Shown here: one piece after another, positions 1 to 13,500 of the stretch | Numbering within the stretch: the first letter of the stretch is position 1 | Layout: the number at the start of each line of letters is the position of its first letter | NCBI GenBank assembly: GCA_028534125.1 | Contig: CM052816.1 | Location: forward strand, 32,862,001-32,926,000 | Source: Lama glama | Lineage: Eukaryota | Direction of reading: 5' to 3' | Length of the DNA stretch: 64,000 bases | Translations under genes and position numbers: made by a program | The notes under the pieces: generated by a model | What the model saw: the letters and a program-made list of their open reading frames with translations, nothing else | Databases searched by the model: none | What the model was told of the DNA's origin: nothing

Positions 1-1279
1 TTTCCTGAAATCCTAGATAACCTGTGCTTACATCTTCTTGGCCAAATATAGTTGCTACATTTAGTCAATATACCTGTGAGAGGGGCCAGGCAATGTAGGC
101 TTTTAAGTGAGCCCGTTAACTGAGAGGAAAAGGGAGTCTAGACATTGGAGGAGGCAGCTGGCAGTAGCAGTGTCTGTCACATGGTTGATGACTTCTGGCC
201 ATCAAGGTGGTTACACTGACTGCCCTGCCTGCCTGCTGTTTGATGCTGGAGTTCCAGGATGCCTCTCAGCTATCCTGAGCACTGTTCTCAATCCCTTACT
301 TGAGCTCATATTTTGCTAGCCTATCTATGGTTCCTAAAATTTAGTCAGTTCAGTTTTAGGATTGTATCAGGCAGTGTGTTTGACAGCTCTGCAAACTAGG
401 TTGTGGTAATTTTAAGCAACTGCCAATAAGTTCCTAAGCAAAGCTGAGAGGAAGGCATCTAAAATTCATGAAAAGATTTTCATTTGGAATGTATAATAAA
501 TAGTTGACCCCCACTTAGAAAATGCTGGCTATAAAAGGGTATAATGAAGGATCTTTATGGTGATGAAAATGTCTGTCTCAAAAGTCAATGTCAATCCCCT
601 GGTTGTGATATCTGGCTATAATTTTGAAAGATGTTACCATTGTGGGAAACTGGGCAAAGGGTTTATCAGATCTCCCTTCTTACAACTAGACATGAATCTC
701 CAATTTTCTCAAAATAAAAAGTTTAGTTTTACAAAAAGTCAACAGCATCTCATTGTTCATTATACCTCAAAGTTAGTCAGCTGCATTTTAAATTAGTGCA
801 TTTAATAAGGACAAAGTATGCAGTTTTTACTATTCTTATCAATTTTTTCCTTTCAAATACTAAAAGAACAAGAAGCGAAGTCAACTGAATTCTCAGTAAA
901 AAGGTCTTGATTTTTAAATTATGAATACTTGAAAATAGAGACAAAGGACGAGAATATAATTAAACTCCATGTATTTATCACCCAGCTTCAACAATTACCA
1001 CCCTTTTGCTTACCTTATTTTATCTATTTCCCTGCAACTTTTTCCCCTGGTGGATTATTTTAAAGCAAGTCCCAGGCCTTATTTTACCCTTCAATAAGGG
1101 CTATTTGTAAACTGGATGAGCCTATGCACAATGAGCAAAGGAACTAACACTCCATAATATCAATTTAGTATAACTAGCAATTTTCAGACACTGTAAAAAC
1201 TTGTCAGTGATTCCAGGAAGTGGCAGTGAGGGGGTGGGTAGACACAGAGAAAGGCTATAAAGCACGGATACCTACTGAG

Positions 1280-1813
1280 TGTGACAAGCGGAATAACACC
1301 GCCGAAGATGTCCGTCCTAATCCCCGGAGTCTGTGAGTATGTTATGTTAGTGTAAAGGGGGAATTCAGGTTGCAGGTGGAATTAAGGTTGCTAATTAGCT
1401 GGTTTTAAGATAGGGAGATAGTCCTGAATTATCTGGGTGGTCCCAATGCAATCACAGGGGTCCTTAAAAGTGGAGGAAGAAGCAGGAGTGAGTCCCAGGG
1501 AACAGAGACCATGAAAGAAGGTCAGAGTGATGTGATGGGCCTAACATTGCTGAGTTGGAAGGAGAGGAAGGGGAGGAAGATGAGCATGAGCCAAAGAAGA
1601 CAGGTGGCCTCTAGAGGCTGGAAAGGCAAGGAAACTAACCCTCCCTTAGAGCTGCCAATGGGGAACACAGCCTTGCCAATTCCTTGATTTTAGCCTAGGG
1701 GATTCTCTATTGGGCTTTTAACCCACAGAACTAAAAGATAATAAATTTGTATTGTTTAGGCCACCAAGTCTGGTAATTTGTTAGAGCAGCAATATGATAT
1801 TAAACTAGTGTAC
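1280..1813 (+). mobile_element. MaLR LTR (MLT1D-like)
   Basis: Characteristic MLT1 motifs: 'cctaatccccgga..tgtgagtatgtta', 'gcctctagaggctggaaaggcaaggaaac' and 'gataataaatttgtattgttt..agcagcaata'. Confidence 0.8.
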
Positions 1814-3139
1814 AGAGTGAGATTGTATCACCATTTGGCAGTGCTGCAGTGACTAGCACAGAGAAGGCAAGGCTAGCTTGAAGGGAGAGCTTTCATCATG
1901 GGGGAGAGGGTTTTTTTCCGAGACCTGAATCATTTAACCAGATAATAATATAATTACCCGAAGTCCTTTGAAGTAGAATCCTACCTCTGGCAAAAGGCTC
2001 AGTTTTCAAATCCTGCTCTTGTGCTAAAAACTTGAGAAGGAAGAATGATGTCAACTTTAAAAATGGGAAAAAGGAATGGACACCCTCTGCTGGTAGATAT
2101 AGAACATACCTTTGGTGTTTTGGATTCTGGTTTCCTTATCTATTCTGGAAACAGGGCTACCCAAGCCAGTCACAGGTGGGGCCTCTGTCTGGAGAGTGGT
2201 AGACCGACTGTGGACTCTGAGCTCCATGTCAACTCTGTGGCATAGAGTGATTGTTTTAATAACGAGAGAAGTACTTAAGATTTGTTTGTTGTTGTTTCAA
2301 CAAAAATTCTTCTTTTAAAGAAGTCAGTATGAGATGCTATGAGAGAAACAGCTTTTCCCAATTAAGATACTTACAGGGTCAGTAAAAGAAAAACAAAATA
2401 GCCTCCAGCATGCTTATTCAACAACCAAATTTATTCAGAGATTCAACATAGTAATTAATGTGTCTGTTAGTGATTTAGTTTCTGGAATTTTAGTAGGAGA
2501 AAAAAAATCCCTTCATCAGTGACAGAGAATTAACAAGAAAATTCTTAAGAACTGTTATAGAGATTATATTTCTGATTTTAAAAAATTAAGAAATTATTTC
2601 TAAAAAAGACAAATCCTGAAACAATTTTCTTTTTCTTGATTTGTCATTCGTGCAAAAGAATATTGTTTACTACTAGAGTAGAGTGTTTTATTTGGATCTG
2701 ACAACTTTATTTACCCCTTTCAACTGCCTCCTCCAATTTGGGCGAACTTATCAGGGTGTGGGAGCTGGACATGACAGAGCAGCAGACAGAGGAGGGCAAA
2801 AGCAGAGGAAGATGGTCTAGAGTTGTTTTATATATAATATATTTATACATATCTTTATGTGTAACATACATAGTGTGTATTATATATTTATATATTGTTT
2901 ATATTCTATTACATATTTTATGTATGAATTCTGCGCTAGAACTCTTTGGTGAAAGTAACAAAAACCCATCTGAGCTAGAATGAGTTCATCGTTTCCAACA
3001 GATTTCTAAGCAGAAATTCACTTTTTTTTTAAGAGATTCACACTTACTCATATTTAGATTTTGCGTCTCGTCACCTCCTCCTCAGTAACCCCAGCGCATA
3101 TTTGGTGATAACTTTCTCTTTTGCCTGTTCTTTTACAAA

Positions 3140-3960
3140 TGTTTATACAGTGCCTACCATATGACAAAATTCTTCTACGCACTGGGGATTCAGTGAATCA
3201 TGGAAAAGACCCCTGCTTTCTTGTCACTTACAGTATAGCAGGGCAGAGGGAAAAATGGATTGAAAAAAAATTCAAATCGAGGAAGCATAGTATGAAGGAA
3301 ACAAAGGAATTGGATGGATAATAACAGTAGAGACTATTTAGATAAAGTGGGTAGGAAAGGGTTTCTGAAAAGGTGATATTTAAGCTGTGCATAAAGGATG
3401 AAAATGAGGGAATTATGGAAGGGGGTGGGTAGCATTCCAGGCAGAAGGAATGGTACACAGAAAGCGTCTGGAGTTTTTGACAAATTGGAAGAAGGCTGGT
3501 GTGGCTGGAGGACAGTGAGAGAGGAAGATGGGATGTAGGAGGGCCTAGAGTGATAGGTAGGCAGGTGCCCCAGCTTACAAAGTCTCTTAGTCTGTGGCAT
3601 GCAAACTGGATTTTATTCTAAGGGGCATGAAGATTTTCAAGCAGAAGAGGGATATGATCAAGTTTGTGTTTTAATACGATCACTCTTGCTGCTACATGGA
3701 GGACAGGTTAAAACGGGGAAAGAGCGGAAGACAGGAGAGCAGTTAGGAGCCTGCCGAAGTCACCCGTCCAAGTGAGAGATGTGGGGGCTTGGACTAAATT
3801 GGGGAAGGTTGAGGTGGAGAAACGGGGATGGGTTTTAGATATGCTTGGGAGGTCGACTGGACTGGACTCACTGATGGATTGGAAATGGTAATGTGTGAGA
3901 AAGACAGAAACCAAGGTTCACACGAGTTTCTGGTCTGAGCCCCTGGATAGCTAGTGAAAT
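3140..3960 (+). mobile_element. Degenerate L2 LINE fragment
   Basis: L2-like purine-rich motifs ('agcattccaggcagaagga', 'gatcactcttgctgct', 'gactcactgatggattgga'). Confidence 0.65.
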
Positions 3961-4118
3961 ATACCAACCGGAATGATTTTGTTAGGTAGTTTAGATAGAA
4001 ATGAGCAGTGGGCAGGGGGAAAAGAAGGGGAAAGGAATAATCCAGAGCACGAGGAACCTGAGCTGTCAATTAACCAGAGCACAGGGACTCAATCAGTTAA
4101 TCAATCAATTAATTAATC

Positions 4119-5017
4119 AGTTATGAAACCAGGATATAAAGGCAGGAGGAAGGAGAGAGTGGTGCCATTTTTCCTCTCTTGGATTGGCCCGCTCCCAATT
4201 CTCAGGAGTGTACTATCTTTGACTATTTTGTTTACTTCACTAACAAAATTTTGCTTATCATGCTGTTTCCTGTGTCTCATCAAAAATCTTTTTTTTGGGG
4301 GGTGACAAAAAACCGAGGTAATTCTTATTTTCCTTTTTCCGGTAACAATATCTGCCCAAGTAGTGGAAAGCTTGGGTTGATAATAAAAAGAAATGCATGG
4401 GTTCATGTAGGTTCAGAGGAAGGAGAGGCTTTAGCATCCGCTTAACTCCAGTAGTTCTTGAGGAGTCTGGCTCGTGGTTAAAGCCGTGTGTGTGATTTTT
4501 CAGGCCTAACCATGGGCAATGACAAAAGCTTTGCCTGGCAGGCCTGGTGGGGAGTAACTGCCTTCTCCAGTCTCTTCTCTGCAGTCTCTGAGGTGTTGCA
4601 GCCAGGGATTTAGGCCTCTCAGGCTCCTGTGTGGCACCTGTTTGCATTGCTAGCCCTGAGGCCTTCAATCCTGTCTCCTCATCTAAGGCTGGGGCAGAGG
4701 TCTTCTCATCAAGTCTCTGAGACTTCCCCAGGAAGGAGGAGTACTTTTCCACTCCCAGCCCTTCCCTTCAAAGCCCTCCCTCCCGAGGGTTCATAAAACT
4801 GCTGGAGCCTTTTGTTTCGTGAAACCACCCTGCAGCGCAGGATCTGAGCTGATCCGCCTGCCCTTGACCAGTGCTCAGTTCCTGGGGAAAATGGGAAGGA
4901 GGGAATCGTGCTTTGTCTGGTTTTAACCTCTTGCTCAGACCATCACAGTGAGTGATTAAAGGCTTAACTCTTTCATTTTTTGGCTTGCTTGTTTAATTGG
5001 CGACTCTGACACCTGAC
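4119..5017 (+). mobile_element. Probable ERV solo LTR
   Basis: LTR-like layout with TATA-like cataaaa (about 4793), ATTAAA (about 4955) and a terminal ...tgaca. Family not identified. Confidence 0.4.
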
Positions 5018-6184
5018 AGCCCTCTCTCCTTACTGAATGTCATCAGGTCAGGATATGATGTCTGGAACTACTAGGGCCATCTCACCATCGTCCTGAGGTT
5101 AAAGGTAACACGTGGAGTGGGGCAAAGCTGAAAGGTTTGTAGGAAATGGAGCCCAGGCTTTCAGGAGGTCAGCTGAATTGGGAGAGGCCAATAAGCATGT
5201 TGAGCATTTTTTAAGAATTCCACAACAACTTGTTTTTTTGTGAGGATTATTGTATTTGAAATAATTTTACACTATAATATGCTGTACAGACATCAGTAAT
5301 TATTAGTGTGTCATTCTCCTTAAAGCAGAATTCCTGCTGTGAGTTCAGAAGACCAGAATTCTAGTCCTGGCTCCATTACATACAGTGATTTAATCATTTA
5401 ATCTTTATAAGTCACTTAATCTTTATAAGCCTTATTAATCACTATCTGCCTATAGCATGTTGTTATAAAGACTAAATGAGATAGCATATTTTAAAACTAT
5501 AAAGGTTTTGATCAACCCTATTATTTAAAAATCATATCAGTATTGTAATTTAAGAATCCTAGGATCTTCCTCTCCCTCAACTCCAAACTCCATCTTATTT
5601 CCCTTTTACAAGCCAAAGGCTGCTGGGACCTATGGACAACTGTGTGCGAATGAGGCCTTGGGTTCTTTGGGAGTCATGGCTCAGAGGACTGCTGTAAGGG
5701 CTGCTCCATTGTGCACTAGCCCAGCCCCTGGAAATGTGTATATGAGGAGGTGGGGTTGAGATGGGATGTGGGCAGGAAAGTAACTTGGAAGATGCTTGCC
5801 CCCAGACATTTCTGGAATTCTTTATGGGAAAGATCGGTTTAGCACTATGAGAGAGTTTGGGGACTCCCTGGACCCTAAAAGCTGAAAAAGAAGTTGTATA
5901 GCTGCCCCTGAGCTGGGAGACTACAGAGAGATAAGGGGTCAGGAAGACTTCCTTTAGATTCTTCCCTGAGGCCAATAACCTGATTGTTTTGAATGCCACT
6001 GGCCCCTTGGGAATAAATACCATGTTGCCTTCCACCTTTGTTTCACTGCTATCATTTGGGTACTCTAAAAACCAGACTTGAGCTACCAGTGGACTGCTAA
6101 GAAAAATAGCCACTAAGGTGCTCCCCTGATACAGAAAAGAAGTTGAGTTAGTGTTCAGCTGCTTGCTATTACTTGAGATACAAG

Positions 6185-6814
6185 TGTTGGTAGGAAAGGA
6201 AAGGTTGCTTAATCGGGAGGCCAACAACCTGGGGAAAAGGTGAACTTGTGTCCAAAAGCCAACTTCCAACTGTCGGTCAGAGGGCAAGAGCTTTTAAAGG
6301 GAAGTTTCAGAATGTATAGGTGGAGGTGGGAACAGCACAGGCAGCTCTGACAATCATCTTGAAATTGGTCATGTGGTGAGCTGATCAGCGTCATCTCGAT
6401 TGTTTTAAGTACAGTTAATCTTCAGTTCCAGGGTCAGTTTGTTCCCACGTCTTTGAGGCCAGTTCTTGAAATTACATAGGATGGAGCTTATGTCATGGCT
6501 ACTGTTTGGTCATCATGTAGTTATCTTTTTCCACCTGGTAGGAGTTTCAGTATCTGCAAAGCAGCTCAAAGGATATGTATAGCTCAGAATATTATCTGTA
6601 GCCCTTGAGGAGGAACTAAAGGCCCTTGACTTTGTTTAATGGCTAAACTATTATTATTTTGTCTTGTTTAACTATTTTCCTTTGCTTCTGCATTTTCTCA
6701 CTTCTCTGATAAATTTGTTCTTTGGCTAAAGTTTTTCTACATAAAAAAGGCAGGCAGAGGACATGAGGGGATAGGTCTGTCCTCAGAAGGCCCCATGGGG
6801 TCCTGCTTGTTACA
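6185..6814 (-). mobile_element. ERV1-type solo LTR
   Basis: TGTT...TACA termini; shares long blocks with the element at 12148-12738 (e.g. 'ccttgaggaggaactaaaggcc.ttgactt', 'atggctaaacta', 'ggtcctgct'). Confidence 0.75.
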
Positions 6815-7369
6815 ATAGGACTGACAGAATGCACACCCAACAAAATAGAACTATTGAAAGGGCTAACTGTCATCCTTACTAACCCATTACACCAAGCTGC
6901 CTGGATATCTGCATGGTCAGACTATTCAGGATGGCTGTTCTCTTGCTCTCTGTACATCCCTTGCTTGACCAGTCCCTGCTTTACTCACATGACTATCTAA
7001 TCCTCTAATTATAGGGCTTAATTAGTCCCTGGTAACCAATGAGCCCACCTGACTGTCAATCCCCTCTATACACGGTAGCCTCCTTCTCCCCTGAGGAGTG
7101 AAGCCTGCTGCCGTATCCTGCCTGACGTCTATTGTGCACAGGGGGCTGTTGCTCCAGGACCCTTTGTGTAAGATCCCCCATGAAATGAATCATTGTTTTT
7201 TCTTTCACTGTTTCTTTCTCTGGTCTCAAGGCTGGGCACCTATAAGGTGTGAAGGCCTGTGGGGTGCAGTCCAACAACTTCCAACTGCTAGCATCTGCAT
7301 TCTTTGCCTGAGGCCTTTTTATGGCCACCAGAGCCCACCTTGCTGCCCACGTGGCAGACTGGGGTGCAG

Positions 7370-7680
7370 ACCCTAGGGGGAGCCCTTGACCAATGGCTGT
7401 GGGAAGTTAGTATATAAGTATTCCATCTTTCTCACTCCTTGAATGAGAGAACTCTGAAGTTTGTTTCATAATGGCCGTCAAAGTTCTTTAATGGGATTAG
7501 CACCAGTTAACCAACAGTGCTAACTTCCTTGATAGTAATCCTTTTATTGGCTTTCTTGCCTTCCTTAACTCACTTGTCTGCTCTGTCACCAGTCTTTCCC
7601 AGGATCACCTCCCAAATAAACTACTTGCACTCAAACCCTTGTCTTAGGGCCTGCTTCTAATGGAACCCAAACCAGGCTTG
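7370..7680 (+). mobile_element. ERVL LTR (LTR16-like) 3' part
   Basis: 'ggatcacctcccaaataaactacttgcactcaaacccttgtcttaggg..tgcttct..ggaacccaaac' is the typical LTR16 3' end. Confidence 0.7.
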
Positions 7681-8822
7681 TACTGTGCCAAGGAGGATTG
7701 AGTAAAGCAAACAGACAGTGCTCCCCCACTTGACTTCCCAGAATATTTCCAGTTTGGCCTGGAAGGATTTTCTCTTCAGGGAGTTTGACCAGCTGGAAAG
7801 AATGAGCTACAGATACTGATACCACGTGTTCCCAACCAGTGGCCCAGCCAGATCATCCTACTGTGAATCTCTCAGGAAGCAAGTCCCACCTACGTGGTGG
7901 GAGCTTCCAATCAGCTTTTATAGCATTTGACTGCAGTTTTTTAGTTCCCTACTTTTAAGTATGAGTGACTAGTTGAGGACCTCCGGAAGATTTCTAATAT
8001 GATAGGTGGAGACTCAATTAATAAGAAACAGCAGCTGAGAGGAATAAAAGACTTATCCAGAAAGAAAAAAAAACTTTAAAAATGTATTAGTATTCTCATA
8101 GGGATAAGGAATCTATGAAGCAAGGCACCGCAACCAAGAGATATTTGAAGAATGAAAGAGAAGCCTAGAAAAGTAAAAACTATCAATGGCTGGAAAATAA
8201 ACTTGGGGAATCCTCCATAAAAATCAAAAAAGAAAAAAGGAGAGAAAAATAGATGGTAACAGGGTCCTGTATCAAATTTGGGCTTCATCATACATTGGAA
8301 GCTGATGTAGGGGAGCTATCAGAAGCTGAGAAGATAGTAACTTGTTCATGTCTGAACAAAACAAAACTTGGGCAGTTGTACAGGCTGAGAATGGAGGTGG
8401 AGGTACTGGTTAGGGTTAGTGATGAGAAATAATGTGAACCTGATATATAGGCAGTGGGCATTTGGACAGAAATTAAGAGAAATGTAACCAAGAAGGACCC
8501 TACTGTCATCGTGACAATCTGATATCTGTAATGGTGTTTGTAACTGCTTAACTCTATAATGGTTTAAAGGATTTTTCTCATGCTCTTGCTGACCAGGGTT
8601 AGGCTGGAAAGGAGGAGGCTTGGGTGGTGTGTCCATCCCCATTGCGGTGCTGGTGCTGCCTGCAGGGATCATGCTTAGTGCCCTGCTTTTGCCCCCCTCC
8701 CCCGACCTCCTCTTGAACCCAATGCCCTCCTCTTGACCTCAGTGCCCTTCTTCTGACTCCCTATGGTTTCCTTGTATCCTGTTGTTGGAGCTGCAGGCCT
8801 CAGACTGCTTAAAAGGCTTAAA

Positions 8823-9244
8823 TGTATCACTCTGACTTCAAACTGCATAAGTTTTTCTCAAGAGCTCTTTTCCATAAAGCCCCTTCGTATGTATTCTTTG
8901 TTCTAGGTACAAGAATATTAAGAGAGTCCCAAAGCTGGAGGTGACCTTCATACCCGGCAGAGGGAAGGGGACCCCCGTATCTGCAAAAACAAGAACAACA
9001 TTGCCACAATTTTTTACCCTATGTGCTATCTCTATGGAGACTAGCTTGACCCCTTTTAACTCTTGAACTTTTACTATAAAACTCCCTGCTTTCTCTCCCC
9101 AGAAGGCTCACACTCTTAGAGGCATTAGCCCACTCTGACCTTCTTTGCCTGGCAAAAAAGTAAAGCTACCTTTTCTACTTCATTCAGAACTGCCCTTGAG
9201 TCTCAATTCTGTAAGTGGTGTATGAAGGCTGTATGTTGGCAACA
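8823..9244 (+). mobile_element. ERV solo LTR upstream of the DCP2 promoter
   Basis: TG...CA termini, TATAAAA at about 9075 and an AGTAAA poly(A)-like signal at about 9159 following 'ctttgcctggcaaa'. Confidence 0.6.
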
Positions 9245-9859
9245 AAAAGATGGGAGAGCAAATGGTAGAACAGACTAAGCTCACAATGGAGTAGGTGTGT
9301 ATGTGTGGGTCTGATAAAAACCGAGCAAGTTGAAAAATGGAAGGATCCAGAGCTTCTACAAGTATCCCAAATTGATTGGACTCCGTTAAGTAAGATGTGG
9401 AATGAATGAGGACTAGCCGGTTGGAATGCTGTGAGCATGTAGGAGGTGAAAGGCAGATGCCCCAGTCCAGGTTCAATCAATTCATATTTTCTGAGATCTT
9501 ACAGGGTGTCAAATACTGGGATAAAGTCTCTTGTCTTCACAGTCAGGGCCGAGTGCTCGCAAAGTGACAGAGGTCAGCAACCACAAAAATTACAACTCTC
9601 AGGGGTTTATAGTGAAAGGAGACACAGCCCTTGGCCAGGAGGTGCTGCGGCTGGAGTGAGTGTGTGGGGGGGACATCTGGTGATAGGAACCGTGCATGCA
9701 TACGTGTGCTGAATGCGCCCACGGGCTCTGCGGTGCAGAGGTCGGCGCACCTGCTCAGTCGCGGGGAGGACGTGCAAACCATGCCAAGTCCCGGTTATTG
9801 GTCTTCAGACTTCTTAGGAAAACCTGAGCCCTCTAGATTTCTTAGTAGTGCAAAGGAGG

Positions 9860-10560
9860 TATGGTGCGCATGCTCCTACCCACCCCAAGGCCCAGTCAAG
9901 GGCGGCGGGAAGTTGGTTTTATGAGTAGCAGCTGAGCAGCTTTTAGACGGATTGGAGCCCACGGACCAATAAACAAACGTCTCATTGGCTTAGCTTGCGC
10001 AGGCTCCTTGTTCTCCAGCTTCCCATTGGTCCTTTCAAGCAGGGAAGGGCGTGGCTCCAGGGGCTCCGCCCCGCGCCTCGGCCCAGCCTCGGGGTCCAGG
10101 GCTGAGGGAGCGGGACGGAAGTGAGCGGGTCCCGCCCCTTCCCCCTCTCGTTTTCGTTGGAGCCGCCGCCTCCGCTGCTGCCCGCTCTCCGGCGAGCCGG
10201 AGTCTCCGTGCCGTACCCTCGGTCCCCGGCCGCGCGGAGCCGGGATGCACTGCTCCTGCTGTGGGTCCTCATCATGGAGACCAAACGGGTGGAGATTCCC
10301 GGCAGCGTCCTGGACGATCTCTGCAGGTACCGCGGCGCCCCTCACTGCTCCGGCCCCCTTTCGTCCCTTGCTCTTTTTCTCTGAGTTTCGGCGACTTTGC
10401 GTCTCCTCCCCTGGCCCCCGTCCTTGTCCTGGCTTTCTGGTCCCGCCGCTGCTCCCTTTCGCCGGCCGACCCTTACCTCGGACGACACCACCCCACTTTT
10501 TTCGCCTCAGTCTCCCGGTTTCCCACGCCCCCCTCCATTTCTCCTCGCGCAGCACCGGAA
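9860..10560 (+). promoter_or_regulatory. DCP2: CpG-island promoter, 5' UTR and first exon of DCP2
   Basis: GC- and CpG-rich island. Four CCAAT/ATTGG boxes (9951, 9966, 9984, 10025), E2F-like GGCGGGAA (9904), GC boxes (about 10047, 10066, 10131), ETS/GABP CGGAAGTG (10116-10123) and NRF1-like TGCGCATGC (about 9866), all just upstream of the DCP2 ATG. Confidence 0.9.
10274..10326 (+). CDS. DCP2: DCP2 exon 1 coding part ([18 protein letters not shown])
   Basis: ATCATGG strong Kozak context; donor CAG|GTACCG. Confidence 0.95.
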
Positions 10561-13500
10561 TTTCCTCATTTTCTAAGTTCCTCAACTATTTTGCTTTCTT
10601 GCAAGCGAAACCTGGGTCTTTGGCATTTTGCGGCTGCCCCTCCCCCTCCCATTGCTTTTTCTGGCTCTGACTTTCACAGACCGTTTCCCCCCTCTCCCCA
10701 CCGTCTCATTCCCAAATTTTGTTGAAAGACCCCAGGGTTTTTAAGTCTTAGAATCCTAGGGAGCAATTTTCACTTAACCCCACCTCCCATATTCTTATAT
10801 ATCCGTGGCGTTCTCTGTAAACTGCTGTGAAGAATTACTCTCTTGATTATCCCAAAACTTATCACTGGAAGTGGAAAAAAAAAAGTCTAACTGCTTTTTA
10901 AAAAATTCTTTAATTATCCTTCTTAAAGGAAACTCTCAACCACAGGGTTTTATCTCATGGTATACTTTTATAAGGGAAGTTGTTTGCATTTTTCGTGTCG
11001 GCTATGATTTCAGAAAGCCAAGCACGTGTAAAATGGACTTAAAATTTTACTTGAGGAAAAGAAAATGTTTTTGTTGAGGTAATACCCTGAGTTGTTGCTG
11101 TAGCAGTTGTGTCGCCTTCACGCTTTTTTTAAATGGGAGGGAAAGAACTAGTGTTTGTGGAGTTAGTACTGAGTGCCAGGCAGGCACTGATTCCTCGTTT
11201 CACATGTATTATTTAATTTTTGAAACAACCCTGTTTGGTAGGTTCAGTTATTTCCGTTTTCATCAGACAGACTCAGAGGTTGTAATTTACACAAGGTCAC
11301 ATTCATCTTAATTTAGAAAATCAAGATTTGAAACCTAGACCTTTTTCTCTATGATACTTGTGTTTTTTCTCCTACACAGGTGGATGTAATGGAAAGTTTA
11401 GTCTCACGTTATAACTTCATGAAAGAAAGGTACATGTAGATAGGTAAATAGACTATATTCTGCAACTAAGAAGAATTAGTGTCACTGTACTTTAGTGATG
11501 GTGTGGTTATAACTTTTGGAATATGATAGACTAAAATGAACCATTTAAAAGGCACTAATTTTCTATGATCCCAAATTTCAGAAAAAAAGAAAAGAGGTTT
11601 GATGTCTGTCCTTGTGGTTAAATGACTAGAAGAACTTGTACCAGAAGTGGAATTACGATTTTTATTTTCTTATTCTTGTTTCCAGAATTTTTTTTAAAGG
11701 ATGTACCTTTTTATAGTTAGAAAAATACAATATTTGGAAAGGTGAGCAATAATTACGTATGACTTAATAGGGATACAGATTGGTTTAGAAAAAGATAGGT
11801 AATCTTATATCTAAACCAATCTTCCCATTTGTATTGGGTTTATTTTGTATATTATATCATTTAAAGAAGTCATACTAGCCATTATGAAAATAATTGATTT
11901 TATGTGTGTAATCTTACAAAACAGTGGTGTCGTAATTTGTAAACATCACGTTAAACATCTGAGTATTAAATAAAGATTCTTAATGTGGTTTTCCAGTGAG
12001 TGTATTTAAGATATTTTATAAGAATCTTGGTGAATAGAGAAACTTTTTTTTCCTTTTGAAGAAAATTTTTTGCAGTTACTGTGTTTTGGCTCTGTAGGAT
12101 GATGTGTTTAAAAATTAGGGCTAGCTTTGATAAACTAATAGTAAAACTGTTTCTGAACCAAACTTGGGTCTGCCTGCCTGATGTGCAGCAGAGCCAGTAC
12201 TGACACTGGGTTGTGGTGAAGTAAAGTTCATTTCTTGCTGGGCCAAGAAGTGAGAATGGGCAGCTCATGCTCAAAAGCCAGGAACTCCCCAGTTTCCTGG
12301 GGTTTTCAAGGGCAAGGTGAGGGAGAGGGTCTGGGGTGAGTCAGCTGGCGTAAATTCTTCTGATTGGTTGGTGGTGTGGTAATTGGCATTTTGGGAATCT
12401 CAGTTATCAACTTTGGTTTGTAGGGTCTGAGGTCTGCATGCTGATTTTAACATGCAGTTCACTGCTTCCACCTGGTGAAGGTTTTAGTCTCTGTGAAACA
12501 ACACAACGATATAGCTCAGGGTATTACATATAGACCTTGAGGAGGAACTAAAGGCCTTTGACTTTCTTTGATGGCTAAACTATTTGTGTAGCTTTACTGC
12601 TTGCCTTGTTCCTGCATTTTCTTGCTTCTCTGAATCAAATTTAGCCTAGGAGGCTAAAACTTCTACAAATAAGAGGTGAGCGACAGGGGGTGGGGATGTC
12701 TTTCCCCAGAAGGCTCCACATGGTCCTGCTCTATTTCAAAACCAAGTAACTGTTTCTTAAAACTTCAGGTTTTAGAAGTAATGCCATTTTCAAGTTAATA
12801 CTTATAGTATGTTTGATTAAGCATTTTTAATGTTAACAATTCTGACTTTTGTGGGCTCTTTCAGAAAAAAATGTACAGTTAACAATTTATGGTTACTTTC
12901 TATAAAAAAAATAAAGCTTAAGTTGAAAAAGTTTGCTTTTTCTACTTTTCTGAGTATCTCTTGATTTATGAGTTTGGTCTTGTTTTTACTCCCTTTATAT
13001 TGCCTCCAATGTTACTGCTTGTTTTTAAGAGGTTTTTCTTGTTTTGGGTTATTTTGGTTTTTGGTAAATTACGTAGTGCAGGTAATCTTGTCAACTTCAG
13101 TCATTGACCATATATTAATGTTTTGGAGAAATGTAAAATCTGAGATTGATTTTGATGTGAAAAATTAGATCAGGAGACTTAAGTTTTCAAGATCTGAACT
13201 TTGTAACTATTAAACAGTGTATAACCTGAGACATGCAATGTTATTTTCCAGATGGTTTAATATTCAACATTTCATTGACTGGAATGCTTGTGCAGCCATT
13301 AGGAATTCCTAAGGCAGTTAGCAAACAGTAAACTGAGAGAAAATACTTGTCTCGAAAAGATGTGCAAAGTATACTAATAAATGTAATAGTCATTTGATGT
13401 CCTTTGTTAAAACAAATTTTTAAGTGTTTCGCAGGTATATGTTTGCGTGTACGCACAGGAAAAGTCTGAAAGAATATACACCAAACTAATAACACTAGTG

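Noticed and set aside
2828..2925. AT-rich (TA)n-like stretch giving a hydrophobic ORF
   Set aside because: Degenerate microsatellite or low-complexity sequence.
5595..6287. 230-aa minus-strand ORF
   Set aside because: Begins inside an LTR, has no recognisable domain and no splice support; probably a chance ORF.
9896..10725. Long ORFs of 229 aa (- strand) and 224 aa (+ strand) over the promoter
   Set aside because: Low-complexity R/G/P/A-rich translations typical of stop-poor CpG islands; no recognisable protein.
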